Assembly (NCBI GenBank): GCA_043754535.1
Contig: JAYUUN010000050.1
Location: 1-44,895 of the forward strand
DNA: 44,895 nucleotides
DNA from: Chloroflexota bacterium
GTDB taxonomy: Bacteria; Chloroflexota; Chloroflexia; QHBQ01
Direction: 5' to 3'
The translations under genes and the position numbers were made by a program. Under the pieces are notes generated by a model. That model was given only the letters and a program-made list of their open reading frames with translations, was not told the DNA's origin and did no database searches. Shown piece by piece: positions 43,117-44,895 of this stretch (position 1 is the stretch's first letter; the number at the start of each line of letters is the position of its first letter).

Positions 43117-44895
43117 ATTGCAACAACCACCCCGCCTTTGAGGGGATTGAAACCTCGACAGGAGACAATGAGATGGCAATTTGGAGCAAATTGCAACAAC
43201 CACCCCGCCTTTGAGGGGATTGAAACAAATCGGCAGTGAGCAAGATACCTCCACTGGCTGCATTGCAACAACCACCCCGCCTTTGAGGGGATTGAAACGT
43301 GGTTGCTGCTCGTCTGACATTGTGATCTTCCTGGCAAATTGCAACAACCACCCCGCCTTTGAGGGGATTGAAACAGCGAGGATGGTGAGGGGTGCGGGGT
43401 CGAAGCCATTATTGCAACAACCACCCCGCCTTTGAGGGGATTGAAACAACCTGGGGGGTCTATGACTCTATGACCCGATAGGATTGCAACAACCACCCCG
43501 CCTTTGAGGGGATTGAAACACCGCAGCCCACCACAAGTCAAACAGCGTGTTCGCCATTGCAACAACCACCCCGCCTTTGAGGGGATTGAAACAGCAGAAA
43601 ATAACGCTTAACGCCATCATTATTGTACGTATTGCAACAACCACCCCGCCTTTGAGGGGATTGAAACTAGTTCCTCCAGGCGGGTGATCAGGTTAGTGGT
43701 ATCCATTGCAACAACCACCCCGCCTTTGAGGGGATTGAAACAAGGTAATCACTTATCATTCTTGTACCAATAACTTGAATTGCAACAACCACCCCGCCTT
43801 TGAGGGGATTGAAACATTCGCGTATCTGCAGAAAATGTGGTATGCTACCATTGCAACAACCACCCCGCCTTTGAGGGGATTGAAACCCCAATATTGAAGG
43901 GATAATACGGTAGCATTTATGTATTGCAACAACCACCCCGCCTTTGAGGGGATTGAAACGATGATTTGGGTGGGGTCAACCGTGAATGCACCACTATTGC
44001 AACAACCACCCCGCCTTTGAGGGGATTGAAACTCGCCGGTAGCGAGTTAGGGTTAGCACCCATTAGCGTAATTGCAACAACCACCCCGCCTTTGAGGGGA
44101 TTGAAACGATGCACGAAATCATCCCCCTGCTCCGCTTCAACATTGCAACAACCACCCCGCCTTTGAGGGGATTGAAACGTCGAAGTCATCAAAGTTCATT
44201 TTACTCTCTTTTCTTATTGCAACAACCACCCCGCCTTTGAGAGGATTGAAACTTTTTTGCAGATAACAGTCGCGTGCTGCATTATCTGATTGCAACAACC
44301 ACCCCGCCTTTGAGGGGATTGAAACCTGAACCGCGTTCATCAGGTTCGCCAGCTTGATAGCATTGCAACAACCACCCCGCCTTTGAGGGGATTGAAACCC
44401 GTCTTCAGGGCTTAGGGCCGCCAGCAGGTAGGATTGCAACAACCACCCCGCCTTTGAGGGGATTGAAACATGGATTGCCTCCAGGTACGCGCACAATAGC
44501 ATACGGATTGCAACAACCACCCCGCCTTTGAGGGGATTGAAACAGGCTCAAATCTTCACCGCCCACTCTATGTCGAGATTGCAACAACCACCCCGCCTTT
44601 GAGGGGATTGAAACAGCCACTGCTCGGCCCTGCCATAATTCATGTGCGTGATTGCAACAACCACCCCGCCTTTGAGGGGATTGAAACCTTGTTCGTCAAA
44701 GTACACATCCCCCTCTTGCATGGAATTGCAACAACCACCCCGCCTTTGAGGGGATTGAAACACGGTTGACAAGGAATCAAGCAAAATAGGGGCGTTCATT
44801 GCAACAACCACCCCGCCTTTGAGGGGATTGAAACTTACTGGCTTCGTTAACCATCTTGCCCGCGCCGCCAATTGCAACCACCAGCCCGCCCTAAC
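43117..44895 (+). CRISPR. CRISPR array: 24 full 37-bp repeats (ATTGCAACAACCACCCCGCCTTTGAGGGGATTGAAAC), one degenerate terminal repeat, 24 spacers of 34-39 nt
   Basis: Repeats counted directly from 43117 to 44834; one variant (G>A at 44242); degenerate copy from 44871; leader side and ATTGAAAC 3' end give plus orientation. Confidence 0.99.

Noticed and set aside
43154..44870. Self-targeting spacers within the window
   Set aside because: None seen by eye; spacer 3 encodes MSDEQ like the FabD start but differs at DNA level. An alignment is needed to exclude this fully
42865..44877. Minus- and plus-strand ORFs over the CRISPR array
   Set aside because: They are translations of repeats and spacers (recurring FNPLKGGVVVAI, FQSPQRRGGCCN), not genes
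1..44895. tRNA, rRNA, transposase, integrase or prophage genes
   Set aside because: None recognised in the ORF track or intergenic regions

Overview
GC-rich bacterial chromosomal window. Gene content and style (Cys-flanked SLH protein, MCP tip variants, yceD-rpmF-fabH-fabD...accC-asp23-nusB-acp order) suggest Chloroflexota, which is an inference. Left to right: a secreted SLH protein with two carbohydrate-binding-like repeats; a MarR-headed beta-oxidation operon (thiolase, 3-hydroxyacyl-CoA dehydrogenase, enoyl-CoA hydratase, acyl-CoA dehydrogenase, EtfB/EtfA, DmpA-type peptidase, acyl-CoA ligase); HNH-serS-(truncated ATPase)-serine hydrolase-GNAT; two orphan chemoreceptor-like genes; PPi-type PFK; a K+ channel; rplJ-rplL with an L10 leader and attenuator; TspO; a biotin carboxylase; Fur; a NarL regulator; a triple-SRPBCC protein with a Zn-dehydrogenase; a rewired fatty-acid-synthesis locus; and a cas-less CRISPR array (24 full 37-bp repeats, one degenerate terminal repeat, 24 spacers). 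The most unusual signals are: (i) the fatty-acid locus, which lacks fabG and accB and instead carries a HEAT/Q-rich protein, an MTH1187-AccC in-frame fusion, a serine-less pseudo-ACP and an ACP with a repeated N-terminal extension; (ii) an orphan promoter-hairpin-U-tract unit that looks like an unannotated sRNA; (iii) a Cys-less DUF5679/CC1-like small protein divergent from Fur; (iv) CRISPR spacers that mostly read antisense to coding sequence, hinting at type III use. All family calls come from motif recognition by eye, with no database searches.
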